DNA of 64,000 nucleotides. It comes from Dethiobacter sp. Lineage in GTDB: Bacteria > Bacillota > Dethiobacteria > DTU022 > UBA8154. The translations under genes and the position numbers were made by a program. The notes under the pieces are model-generated. The model searched no databases. It saw only the letters and a program-made list of their open reading frames with translations, and was not told where the DNA came from. The stretch covers positions 12,485 to 76,484 of the forward strand of contig QZJM01000063.1 of assembly GCA_003605065.1 (NCBI GenBank), in the 5' to 3' direction. Of the stretch, positions 50,562 through 58,976 are shown in pieces. The stretch's first letter is position 1, and each line of letters starts with the position of its first letter.

Positions 50562-50667
50562 AGCGGCTATATCCTAATAGGAGTTATATGGCCGCTCTAA
50601 TTTTTGAACAGATCAAAAGCGATTTTCAGGTGTAGACAGTAAATAGCTTGCCGGGGGTTAAAATAGT

Positions 50668-51006
50668 ATGCCTCTTAAAAATGTTATAGAAGCCAAAAAG
50701 CAGAAAGGGGAAAAAATTGATAATAAAGTAAGATATATCCAGAAACATAAACCCATATTTTCAGTGCTTGAAAAAATTAAGCTTTGGCCTTCAAGTTCAG
50801 GTATCTTACATGGTATTAAACATTTAACCAGGGATGGCAATTATATAGTAATTGAAACACATTGTCATGAGCAGATAAAGGTAAGGATATCAAAAAACAG
50901 CCGAGCTGCAAGGTGGCTGAGGAACAAGTGGGCTGAAAGGGTATGTACTGTTTGTCGTATTCCGTCCTGGAAAGTTAATAAGTATCTAAATACATCGTTT
51001 AAATAA
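50668..51006 (+). CDS. pylSn: pyrrolysyl-tRNA synthetase N-terminal tRNA-binding domain protein
   Basis: 112 aa. Matches the bacterial PylSn free-standing domain. Directly precedes pylSc. Confidence 0.85.
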   Translation: MPLKNVIEAKKQKGEKIDNKVRYIQKHKPIFSVLEKIKLWPSSSGILHGIKHLTRDGNYIVIETHCHEQIKVRISKNSRAARWLRNKWAERVCTVCRIPSWKVNKYLNTSFK

Positions 51007-51018
51007 GTGGAGGCATTA

Positions 51019-51834
51019 ATGAAGTTTACTCATGTGCAAATACAACGTCTTATTGAACTTGGTTTAAATACCGGCCTTGAGTATGAATTTGCCAATAGTA
51101 TTGAAAGGGAAGCAAATTTTAAGCAACTGGAAAAAGAACTAGTCAAACAAAACAAAGCTGCATTAAAAAGATTGCATGAAGAGAAACGTCCTTTGCTTAA
51201 AACTGTAGAACAAAAACTTATTGGTGTTTTAACTGAAAATGGATTTATTGAAGTAATCACACCTATTTTAATGTCCAGGGGCTTGCTGGAAAAGATGGGA
51301 TTAACTCCTGAATTATTTCGACAGGTGTTTTGGGTTGATGAGGGGAAAAAAAGGTGCTTGCGCCCAATGCTGGCTCCTCATTTATACTACTTGTTAAGAA
51401 AAATGAAAAAAATATGGCCTGCTCCCCTGAAAATATTTGAAGTTGGACCGTGTTTTCGCAAGGAGTCAAAGGGAGGGTACCATATGGAAGAATTTACCAT
51501 GTTGAATCTGGTGTGCTTTAGCTGTACTGAACCCCTTGCTGAGTTGCTGGATCTGGCTGATAAACTGCTTGACCCTTTTAATATACCATTTAACATTACT
51601 GATGAGTATAGTGAAGTTTACGGCCGGACGATTGATATAGTAGTAAATGATGTAGAAATTGCTTCTGCCGCGGTTGGCCCGCATGAGCTTGACAAAAACT
51701 GGGATATTACCGGCAGCTGGTATGGAATCGGTTTGGGATTGGAACGTTTGGCTATGGTTCTCCAGGGGTATCAAAATATAAGGCGCGTGAGCAGGAGTTT
51801 AAGTTACCAAGATGGGGCCCGCCTTAATATTTAG
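51019..51834 (+). CDS. pylSc: pyrrolysyl-tRNA synthetase catalytic domain (class II aaRS core)
   Basis: Class II motifs (FRKESKG..; GIGLGLERL). ATG at 51019 after GTGGAGG. Stop is TAG. Confidence 0.9.
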   Translation: MKFTHVQIQRLIELGLNTGLEYEFANSIEREANFKQLEKELVKQNKAALKRLHEEKRPLLKTVEQKLIGVLTENGFIEVITPILMSRGLLEKMGLTPELFRQVFWVDEGKKRCLRPMLAPHLYYLLRKMKKIWPAPLKIFEVGPCFRKESKGGYHMEEFTMLNLVCFSCTEPLAELLDLADKLLDPFNIPFNITDEYSEVYGRTIDIVVNDVEIASAAVGPHELDKNWDITGSWYGIGLGLERLAMVLQGYQNIRRVSRSLSYQDGARLNI

Positions 51835-51867
51835 AGTTGCACTTAAAACGGGGGTATATTTTTAAAA

Positions 51868-52980
51868 ATGCCGGACGAAAAATTTCCTGTTGAGAATTTC
51901 ACAAGAAAGGCTTTAATGAAGCAGCCGTTAACTGCCTCGGAAATTGCGGCCCTGGTTTACCTGCGTGATGAAGGGCAAATTGCCAGGCTTAAAAAGGGTG
52001 CCTGCCAGATCAGAACACAATTTTTTGGCAATCATGTTTTCCTTTACGGGTTTGTTTATTTTAGCACATATTGTCGAAACCTTTGCTCATTTTGTAATTA
52101 TGCGGCGAAGAATAAGATGAACAGGTATCGCAAATCAGTTCAGGAGATACTGGCAGTATGCAGAAGCCTGCAGTTCTCAGGAGTTCATCTTATTGATCTG
52201 ACCATGGGAGAGGACCCTCATTATTTAACACATGAAGGTGATGCTCTCCTGGAACTGGTTAAATTTGTTCGCTCCCAGGTAGATTTGCCGCTAATGTTGT
52301 CACCGGGAGTTATCGGAGAACATTTGCTTGAAAGCCTGGCTGAACTTGGAGTGGCCTGGTATGCCTGTTATCAGGAAACCTATAATCCTAATTTATTTCA
52401 ACAGCTAAGGGTGGGGCAAAGTTTTACCAGGCGTTTGGGGGCGAAACAGAAAGCCAGAGAAGCTAACCTGCTGGTAGAGGATGGGATGCTGTTGCATCTC
52501 GGAGAGAGTGAACAGGATATTATTTCTTCCATTCTCGCTATGCAAAGACTCGGAGTTCACCAGGCCAGGGTTATGGCTTATGTTCCTCCGGAACCTAACG
52601 GTCTACCTAAAAGGCGCTCTCACAACCTGGAAGAAGAAACGGTTATCGCCATTTTGCGCCATGTTTTTCCGGACAGATTGATTCCCGCGTCACTGGATAT
52701 AGAAGGTTTAAAAGGTCTCTCTTCCCGCTTGAAGGCCGGAGCCAATGTCGTTTCTTCCATTATTCCCCCCATGACCGGGCTAAGGGGAGTATCTCAAACT
52801 ACCCTTGATATTGATGAGGGGAGAAGGACTGTGGAAAACGTCAAAGAGGTGTTGAAATCGCTGAATTTGGAAGTTGCACCTTTAAGTATGTATTTTGCCC
52901 TGGTGCAGCGTTTTAGAGAGGAACAAAGAATGGGAACTATGGGGAATATAGGGGAAGAAAGGGTAGGCTTGCTTCTATGA
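51868..52980 (+). CDS. pylB: methylornithine synthase (radical SAM lysine mutase)
   Basis: FSTYCRNLCSFCNY radical-SAM cluster motif. Close overall match to archaeal PylB. Confidence 0.9.
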   Translation: MPDEKFPVENFTRKALMKQPLTASEIAALVYLRDEGQIARLKKGACQIRTQFFGNHVFLYGFVYFSTYCRNLCSFCNYAAKNKMNRYRKSVQEILAVCRSLQFSGVHLIDLTMGEDPHYLTHEGDALLELVKFVRSQVDLPLMLSPGVIGEHLLESLAELGVAWYACYQETYNPNLFQQLRVGQSFTRRLGAKQKAREANLLVEDGMLLHLGESEQDIISSILAMQRLGVHQARVMAYVPPEPNGLPKRRSHNLEEETVIAILRHVFPDRLIPASLDIEGLKGLSSRLKAGANVVSSIIPPMTGLRGVSQTTLDIDEGRRTVENVKEVLKSLNLEVAPLSMYFALVQRFREEQRMGTMGNIGEERVGLLL

Positions 52981-53861
52981 CAAGGTTAAAGCAGGAAAAT
53001 TTACTCTCTCTCGATCTTAGGAAATATGATTGTGAACTGGAGGAAAAAGCCGGGAAGACTTTGGCTCAGCTTGTTCAGGAAGGGGCGGGCTTAACTCAAC
53101 CCCTGGAAATGTTTACAAAGGAAAAAGCAGCAGTTATACCGATTACTGCAGGCCTGGGAATAATTACAGGTTTTACTGCGGCAGTGGAATCAATACTTAA
53201 GCATGTGGGTCTTAATGTTAAACTGACGGAAAACACAGATATGGCAGGAATAAGTGAAGCTCTGGACTGGGGTGCAAATCTTCTCTTTTGTGCTGATGAC
53301 AACATCTTTTTCGTGCTGGATATGCTTAGTGGTAGCTATGTTGATAATGCCCTGGCTACAGCGGATATGTTTATGTTTGCGATCAACAAGCTGGCTGATG
53401 GTCTCCAGGGGAAGAGCACTTTGATTGTAGGCCTGGGTAAAGTTGGTAATGCCTGCTTGCTATCTGCTTTGCAGAAAGGTGCAAAAGTGTACGTTTATGA
53501 TAAATTGCCGGAGCATTGTGTAACCGCTGCCCGTAAGTATCCAGGTGTATCCCCGGTAAAGGAATCATTAATGAATGCCTGCCGGAAAGCGCAGGTAATT
53601 ATTGATGCTTCCCCGGAAGGAAGTTTTATCAGGGATGAGTGGTTGTCAGATGATGTGGTAATCGGGGCACCCGGTGTGCCGCTCGGTTTGGAGGAAAAAG
53701 CATATAAACGGCTGTTTAAAAGAGTTATTCATGATTGTCTTCCCCTGGGGGTTGCCGGTATGGTTGCCAAAGTTTTCTCCCAGCGGAAAGGACTTAACAA
53801 GTCTGTAAGAAAGAAGGTGGGATATGAGCAAGTGGTAACAGCACTCGGCAGGCTTGACTAA
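52977..53861 (+). CDS. pylD: pyrrolysine synthase (NAD-dependent dehydrogenase)
   Basis: LIVGLGKVGNACLLSALQKGAKVYVYD Rossmann motif paralleling the archaeal PylD region. 4-nt overlap with pylB. Confidence 0.85.
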   Translation: MTRLKQENLLSLDLRKYDCELEEKAGKTLAQLVQEGAGLTQPLEMFTKEKAAVIPITAGLGIITGFTAAVESILKHVGLNVKLTENTDMAGISEALDWGANLLFCADDNIFFVLDMLSGSYVDNALATADMFMFAINKLADGLQGKSTLIVGLGKVGNACLLSALQKGAKVYVYDKLPEHCVTAARKYPGVSPVKESLMNACRKAQVIIDASPEGSFIRDEWLSDDVVIGAPGVPLGLEEKAYKRLFKRVIHDCLPLGVAGMVAKVFSQRKGLNKSVRKKVGYEQVVTALGRLD

Positions 53862-53963
53862 AGGTGGATAAAGTGTGGAATCTCTTACAAGAGCGTGGGG
53901 GATTCAGGCATCGGGAAAGATGGTCAAGTATATTAAAACCGCTTAACAAAGGAGTGAGCAAAA

Positions 53964-55133
53964 ATGAGTAAACGGCATCTTCTGTTTCTGGTCTCCGGAG
54001 TTGTTGCCTTGCTGGTTTTAAGCACTACCGCTTTCGCCCAGGAAGTTACCCCTCTTGCTGAACAGCTTTTCCGCTATCACCGCGGGCAGGACATCTTTTT
54101 TATGTTCATGCTGGTGGCATTTCTGATGTTGTTCATCAAACGCTATGAGTGGGGCGTTTGTTTGATGACAATGCTGATCATATCGGTTGCCTTTCCTTTC
54201 TATTTTGCAGTGCAGACAATTTATTTTGGCAATGCCTGGAATATGGATCTGATTATCCTGGGAGTAGTCTGTGCCATTACCCTGGTAATCTCTGCAGGTA
54301 TGTTTCTCGGCCAGGTTAAAACATGGCAGTATATAATTATTGGATTATTATTTGTTATCGCTTATTCCATTAATGAATGGTTTCTTTTTACCTACCTGGA
54401 AGGAGTTGCTGATATGGGCGGCAGCCTTCTGGTCCATGCTTTTGCAGCCTACTTTGGCTACGGGATGATCTTGTCGTTACGGCATAAAAAGATCATGGAT
54501 GCTCCCATGAAAGTAACGGTCCACAGCGTTTCTTTTGTCTGGCTGGCATCCATGTTGCTATGGATGCTCTGGCCATCATTTACAACTGCGCTGCTTGCAC
54601 CGGACCAGGTAATCGGCGGTATGCTTGCCACTTACATGGCCTTAATGGCTTCCACTGTGATAACTTACCTGGTGCTTCTGGCAATCCATAAAAAAATCGA
54701 TCCTTTAGTTTATACCTATGCCATCCTGGCTGGTGGGGTAGCTATTGGCTCTACGGTTGATCTTGTCGGGCCGTGGGCTGCTTTTGCTATAGGACTGCTG
54801 GCCGGCATTGTTTCCTCCCTGTGCTTTGTTTACCTGCATCCTACCCTTGAAAAAGTACTGGGTGTTCGTGATGTAATGGGTGTACACAACCTGCATGGTG
54901 TTCCAGGAATTCTTGGTGCTCTTTTTGCTATTCCTTTTGCCGGAGCCATACAGGTTACAGCTGCAGTAGGGACATTTGTAATAGCAATAGTTACCGGACT
55001 GGTTGCCGGGTTGATTATGAGAGCTTTCGGAAGAAACGAGGAATACATCCTAGACGATGCTGAAAGCTTCTCCATGGAAGACGCCAGGGGCACTGAAAGC
55101 GTTTCCATAGGAGAATCAGGTATTTCTGTATAA
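53964..55133 (+). CDS. Amt/MEP/Rh-family ammonium (methylammonium) transporter with N-terminal signal peptide
   Basis: Signal peptide ..TTAFAQEV. 11 predicted TM segments. Amt signature region VDLVGPW..GVHNLHGVPGILGALF. Confidence 0.8.
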   Translation: MSKRHLLFLVSGVVALLVLSTTAFAQEVTPLAEQLFRYHRGQDIFFMFMLVAFLMLFIKRYEWGVCLMTMLIISVAFPFYFAVQTIYFGNAWNMDLIILGVVCAITLVISAGMFLGQVKTWQYIIIGLLFVIAYSINEWFLFTYLEGVADMGGSLLVHAFAAYFGYGMILSLRHKKIMDAPMKVTVHSVSFVWLASMLLWMLWPSFTTALLAPDQVIGGMLATYMALMASTVITYLVLLAIHKKIDPLVYTYAILAGGVAIGSTVDLVGPWAAFAIGLLAGIVSSLCFVYLHPTLEKVLGVRDVMGVHNLHGVPGILGALFAIPFAGAIQVTAAVGTFVIAIVTGLVAGLIMRAFGRNEEYILDDAESFSMEDARGTESVSIGESGISV

Positions 55134-55208
55134 TTAAACCCTGTTTTAAATTGGCTGCTCTCATAGAGCGCATACAGCGGGTTTTTTGCTAAAAACCCCG
55201 TAATTCAT

Positions 55209-55280
55209 GGAGGGTTGATCGGCAGGATCACGTAGACTCTAAATCTGCGCAGCCGGGTTTGACTCCCGGACTCTCCTCCA
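55209..55280 (+). tRNA. pylT: tRNA-Pyl (anticodon CUA), encodes CCA
   Basis: GGAGGGT..ACTCTCC 7-bp acceptor stem. 6-bp anticodon stem CGTAGA/TCTGCG with loop CTCTAAA. A single nucleotide separates the acceptor and D stems. Short variable loop. T-arm CCGGG-TTTGACT-CCCGG. These are all hallmark pylT features. Confidence 0.85.
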
Positions 55281-55368
55281 GTTACCCAACAGATTTAGTA
55301 TCCTTGCAAGGAGGTGAATCTTTTGACCGGCATTTAAAAGTTCAATCTTCCGGGAAGGAGGTGATTCT

Positions 55369-56014
55369 GATGAGTAAAGAAATTCTGGCCAAATTACAAC
55401 GTGCTGTCGAAGAACAGGATGTGGAAGCCGCTGAGGCTGCGGCCCGTGAAGCAGTTGCCGCAGGGATCGATCCCTTTGTGGCTATCAACGAGGGCCTATC
55501 TCCCGCTATGCAGACCATTAGTGATCTGTTTGATGACGGAGAACTGTATGTGCCCCAGATTTTGTTTGCGGCAGAGGCTTTTATGAATGCCATGGCTATC
55601 CTGACAGAAAAGCTTTCGGCAGAAGAAGTAAGCAAAACTAAGCGCGGCAAAGTTATCGTGCATACAGTCCAGGGAGATATCCATGACATCGGAAAAAATA
55701 TTGTCGGCACAATGTTAACAGCCAACGGCTTTGAAGTAATTGACCTGGGCCGCGATGTTCCGATTGATGTGGTTGTGGAGAAAGCAAAAGAGCTCGGAGT
55801 AGACATGGTTACCGGTTCGGCGCTTATGACCACCACTATGCCATCCCAAAGGGATATTGTTAAGGCACTCGACGAAGAAGGTATCAGGGGAAAAGTCAAA
55901 TGCATGTTTGGTGGTGCCCCGGTTACTAAGGAGTGGGTCGACCAAATCGGTGCCGATGGTTATGCAAGTAACGCCTCTGAAGCGGTAATTGTAGCGAAGG
56001 AACTTATGGGTTAA
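55369..56014 (+). CDS. mtmC: monomethylamine corrinoid protein
   Basis: GDIHDIGKNIV DxHxxG motif. Strong similarity to archaeal MtmC across the full length. RBS GGAAGGAGG. The ORF-track start at 55259 overlaps pylT and is rejected. Confidence 0.9.
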
Positions 56015-56042
56015 AAAAATCTTTAAGAAAGGAGTGAGAAGA

Positions 56043-57422
56043 ATGTCTAATGTTCCCAAGGTTGGGGTATTTGAAGCCTATGCCAGGGCAACTACAGGAC
56101 CACGCGTCCCTGAAAAAGACTGGGACTACAAAATCATTCCCCAGGCCGCCAGCCGCCTGAAGGAAAAATACGGCATCAAAATGGATAAAAGGAAGATGAT
56201 TCCCACAGATGAAAATCTAATAAACAATCTCTTCAGGGCAGGCATGGAAATGCTGGTGGAATGTGGAGTTTACTGTATGGATACTGGGCGGGTTATCAAG
56301 TACACCGAAGAAGAAGTCTGGACGGCCGTTAAAAATGCCCCCAGGTGTTTAACGCTCGGTGAAGGCCGTGATTCAAGAGAACTCAAAGGGCGCAGGTATG
56401 ACGACAGCAGGCCGCCTATCATCCAGGGGGGACCTACCGGAGCACCGGTAGCAGAGCAGGACTTTGTAGCCATGCACGAAGCCTATGCCCGTGAGCCGAT
56501 CGTCGATACCATTGTTGACGGTGTTATGCAGACGATCAATGGCTACGATCCGAGGCCTAACACCCCCTTCGAAATTGCGGCGGTCAAGAACGAAGCGATG
56601 ATGATTAGACTGGCACAGGTCCGTGCCGGTCGCCCGGGGATGGGATTGTAGGGCAACGAAACTTCACTCAGTGCCGCAGGGGTTATCGCTGCTGATTTTC
56701 CCGGCGGCATGAGGGCATCAGATAGCCATGAAGTTTCCCAGCTGAACGAGCTGAAGATAGATGTAGGTGCACTATCTTTTGTTGCTCACTATGTTTTGGC
56801 TGGAGATATCATCATGTGTGAACAGATGCCCATCTTGGGAGGCTATGCAGGTGGTCTGGAGGAAACGACCATTGTTGACGTTGCCACCACGCTGAATGCC
56901 TTCCTAATGACACAGGCGCACTGGCATCTTGATGGCCCGATCCATGTGCGGTGGGGGATTACCACGGCCAGAGAAGTGCTGGCGGTAGCCGGCCACTGTG
57001 CACGGGCAATCGAGGAAAATACACATTTACTTCTTGGTAACCAGTATTATACATTGGCCGGTCCCTGCACGGTAATGTGCCTGTTGGAAACGGCAGCCCA
57101 GTCTATCACCGATACAGCCAGCGGCCGGGAACTTGTTTCCGGGGTAGCCTCGGCCAAAGGAGTGGCCACAAACTATACTACTGCCATGGAAGCCCGCTTC
57201 ATGGGTGAAGTGGCCCATGCTGTAGCCGGGATGGATTTAGAAAAGGTTAACGGGATTCTTGATGAGCTGGTAGGTATGTACGAGACCCAGTACAAGACAG
57301 CTCCCAAAGGAAAAACTTTCAATGAGTGCTATGATCTTGTCAGGTTGACTCCTTCTGACGAGTACATGCAGGTTTATAAAGAGGCGTGGGGGATTTTAAA
57401 TAAACTCGGCCTCAAGTACTAA
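56043..57422 (+). CDS. mtmB: monomethylamine methyltransferase with in-frame UAG (56649..56651, codon 203) decoded as pyrrolysine
   Basis: Two same-frame ORFs (56034..56651 and 56709..57422) are separated only by TAG. Flanking sequence ..GMGL-UAG-GNETSLSAAG.. and ..DSHEVSQLNELKID.. matches archaeal MtmB around its Pyl codon. pylT and pylSBCD are in the same locus. Confidence 0.9.
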
Positions 57423-57523
57423 GGGCCAGGGGTAAGATGCAGCAGCCTGTACCCCGGTCCGCTTTCTTGGGCCGGGGTACAGGGTATTTTGTTTACGTAA
57501 TTAAAAAAAAGAGGAGAAGAACT

Positions 57524-58087
57524 TTGTTTAATTACTGGCGAAATAAAAAAAAGAAAAGGCTTTTGCTCTCTCTTTTGGAGAAAAAGGCCGCAGAGGCAAA
57601 TCTTGCTGTTATAGTTGTCAGCCCCAAAGAAATTACCGTTCACGAAGGTGTCAGGCTTAAGTGCCTGGTTCCCCAGTGTGAATACTACGGTGTTTGCCGG
57701 CTTTGCCCTCCCAATCTTCCCCCTGTTTCAGAAATACGGGCTGCTTTGTCTTATTTCCAGCAGGCATACCTGGTTGTTCTGAGATATCCTCCGGTTGCCA
57801 GGGAGGAGGTGTGGAAGCCAGAAAAAATCCTGCTGGATACTGTAAACGAACTGGAAAAAGTGGCCTGGTCGAAAGGTTTTTACCGCGCTGCCGGGCTGGT
57901 TGTGGGAGGATGCAAGCTGTGTGAACGCTGCGCGCCTCTGCATGAGCCGTGCCGGCATCCTTACCGGGCCAGGCCCAGTCCTGCAGGTCTGGGCATTGAT
58001 ATTACTATGCTGGCAAAAAGGAAGGGAATACCGCTAAGCTGGCCTCCCGGCGATGAGCTAATTTTTTTGGGTCTGCTCCTGGTATAA
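57524..58087 (+). CDS. DUF2284-family putative metal-binding protein
   Basis: Cys-rich with CPP motif (CRLCPPN), ~187 aa from TTG at 57524 after GAGGAG. Confidence 0.55.
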   Translation: MFNYWRNKKKKRLLLSLLEKKAAEANLAVIVVSPKEITVHEGVRLKCLVPQCEYYGVCRLCPPNLPPVSEIRAALSYFQQAYLVVLRYPPVAREEVWKPEKILLDTVNELEKVAWSKGFYRAAGLVVGGCKLCERCAPLHEPCRHPYRARPSPAGLGIDITMLAKRKGIPLSWPPGDELIFLGLLLV

Positions 58088-58183
58088 AACATTTGGGAAC
58101 AGGGATGGAAAACATTCATTCTACTACGTAACAAGCATACATTATCTATTGATGCGACTGATAGGGTCGTGTGGTTAGTGTAA

Positions 58184-58720
58184 ATACAGGAATTAAACGT
58201 TCCCCGTTATGGAAAAGTTGTGGCTGGTAGCAAATTCACTGTTGTTGCCGCACAAAATCCTTATGACGATGTTGGCACAGTACGCATTAGCCGTGCTTTT
58301 ATGGATCGAATTTGTCGCATTACTTTAGATTATCAAACCGAGGCCGAAGAAATAGAAATTGTTAAAAATAGAACCGGTTTATCTGATGATAATTTGGTCT
58401 TGTGGGCTGTAAAGCTAACGCGGCAGTCACGAAGTCACGATGATATTAAAATGGGAGCTTCAGTGCGTGCTGCCATTGACATAGTTGCCTTGAGCGAAAG
58501 TATGAAAAAAAGAGGGGCTTTCACCAGGGATAATGTTAAAGAAGCTGTTTTTATGGCTCTAAGCAGTAAAATATGGCTGACTGAAATGACCCCCAAAACC
58601 CCGGAACATGTGATACGTGAAATTATCAATGTTGTTGAACAAACAGAGGGGATTAGTTATTTTCCTGCTGCAGGACAAGAAGAACAAAAACCGCAGAAAA
58701 AAAAAGCGATGAACAATTAA
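58184..58720 (+). pseudogene. MoxR-like AAA+ ATPase fragment (C-terminal two thirds only, Walker A region missing)
   Basis: VVAAQNP..AFMDRI sensor/arginine-finger region of MoxR. The open frame begins at a stop at 58181 with no N-terminal ATPase half. Confidence 0.55.
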
Positions 58721-58737
58721 AACAGACGGGAAAAAAC

Positions 58738-58959
58738 TTGCCGCTAATCAGGCTAGATCAAGATCATGCAAGTGATCTTTCTTTGCCCTATCGTCTGGCG
58801 ATGTACTACAGTAATAATCCGGAAGAACTAGAGAATTTTTTTGAACAGGATGAGGCCATTACTATTTTCGGCACTTTTTTTGATATGCTTAAGTCGGAGG
58901 CAAAAAAGATAGCTAAGGGTATACATATTTATCTTTTATCTGCTGTATCAAATTTTTAA
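58738..58959 (+). CDS. small hypothetical ORF (73 aa)
   Basis: ORF only, with no recognisable motifs. Confidence 0.2.
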   Translation: MPLIRLDQDHASDLSLPYRLAMYYSNNPEELENFFEQDEAITIFGTFFDMLKSEAKKIAKGIHIYLLSAVSNF

Positions 58960-58976
58960 TGAGAGGATGTACTTAA

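Noticed and set aside
55259-55368. 110-nt N-terminal extension of the mtmC ORF (MTPGLSSSYP..).
   Set aside because: It overlaps the 3' half of tRNA-Pyl. The real start is ATG 55369 with a GGAAGGAGG RBS.
56034-57422. Two separate genes (56034..56651 and 56709..57422) as given by the ORF track, or an mtmB pseudogene.
   Set aside because: The two ORFs share a frame and are separated by a single TAG at the position homologous to the MtmB pyrrolysine codon. pylT and pylS/B/C/D are in cis, so this is a recoded single gene.
58220-58720. Intact 166-aa MoxR-like gene as listed.
   Set aside because: It lacks the entire N-terminal Walker A/B half, and the frame opens directly after a stop at 58181. 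It is a gene fragment.
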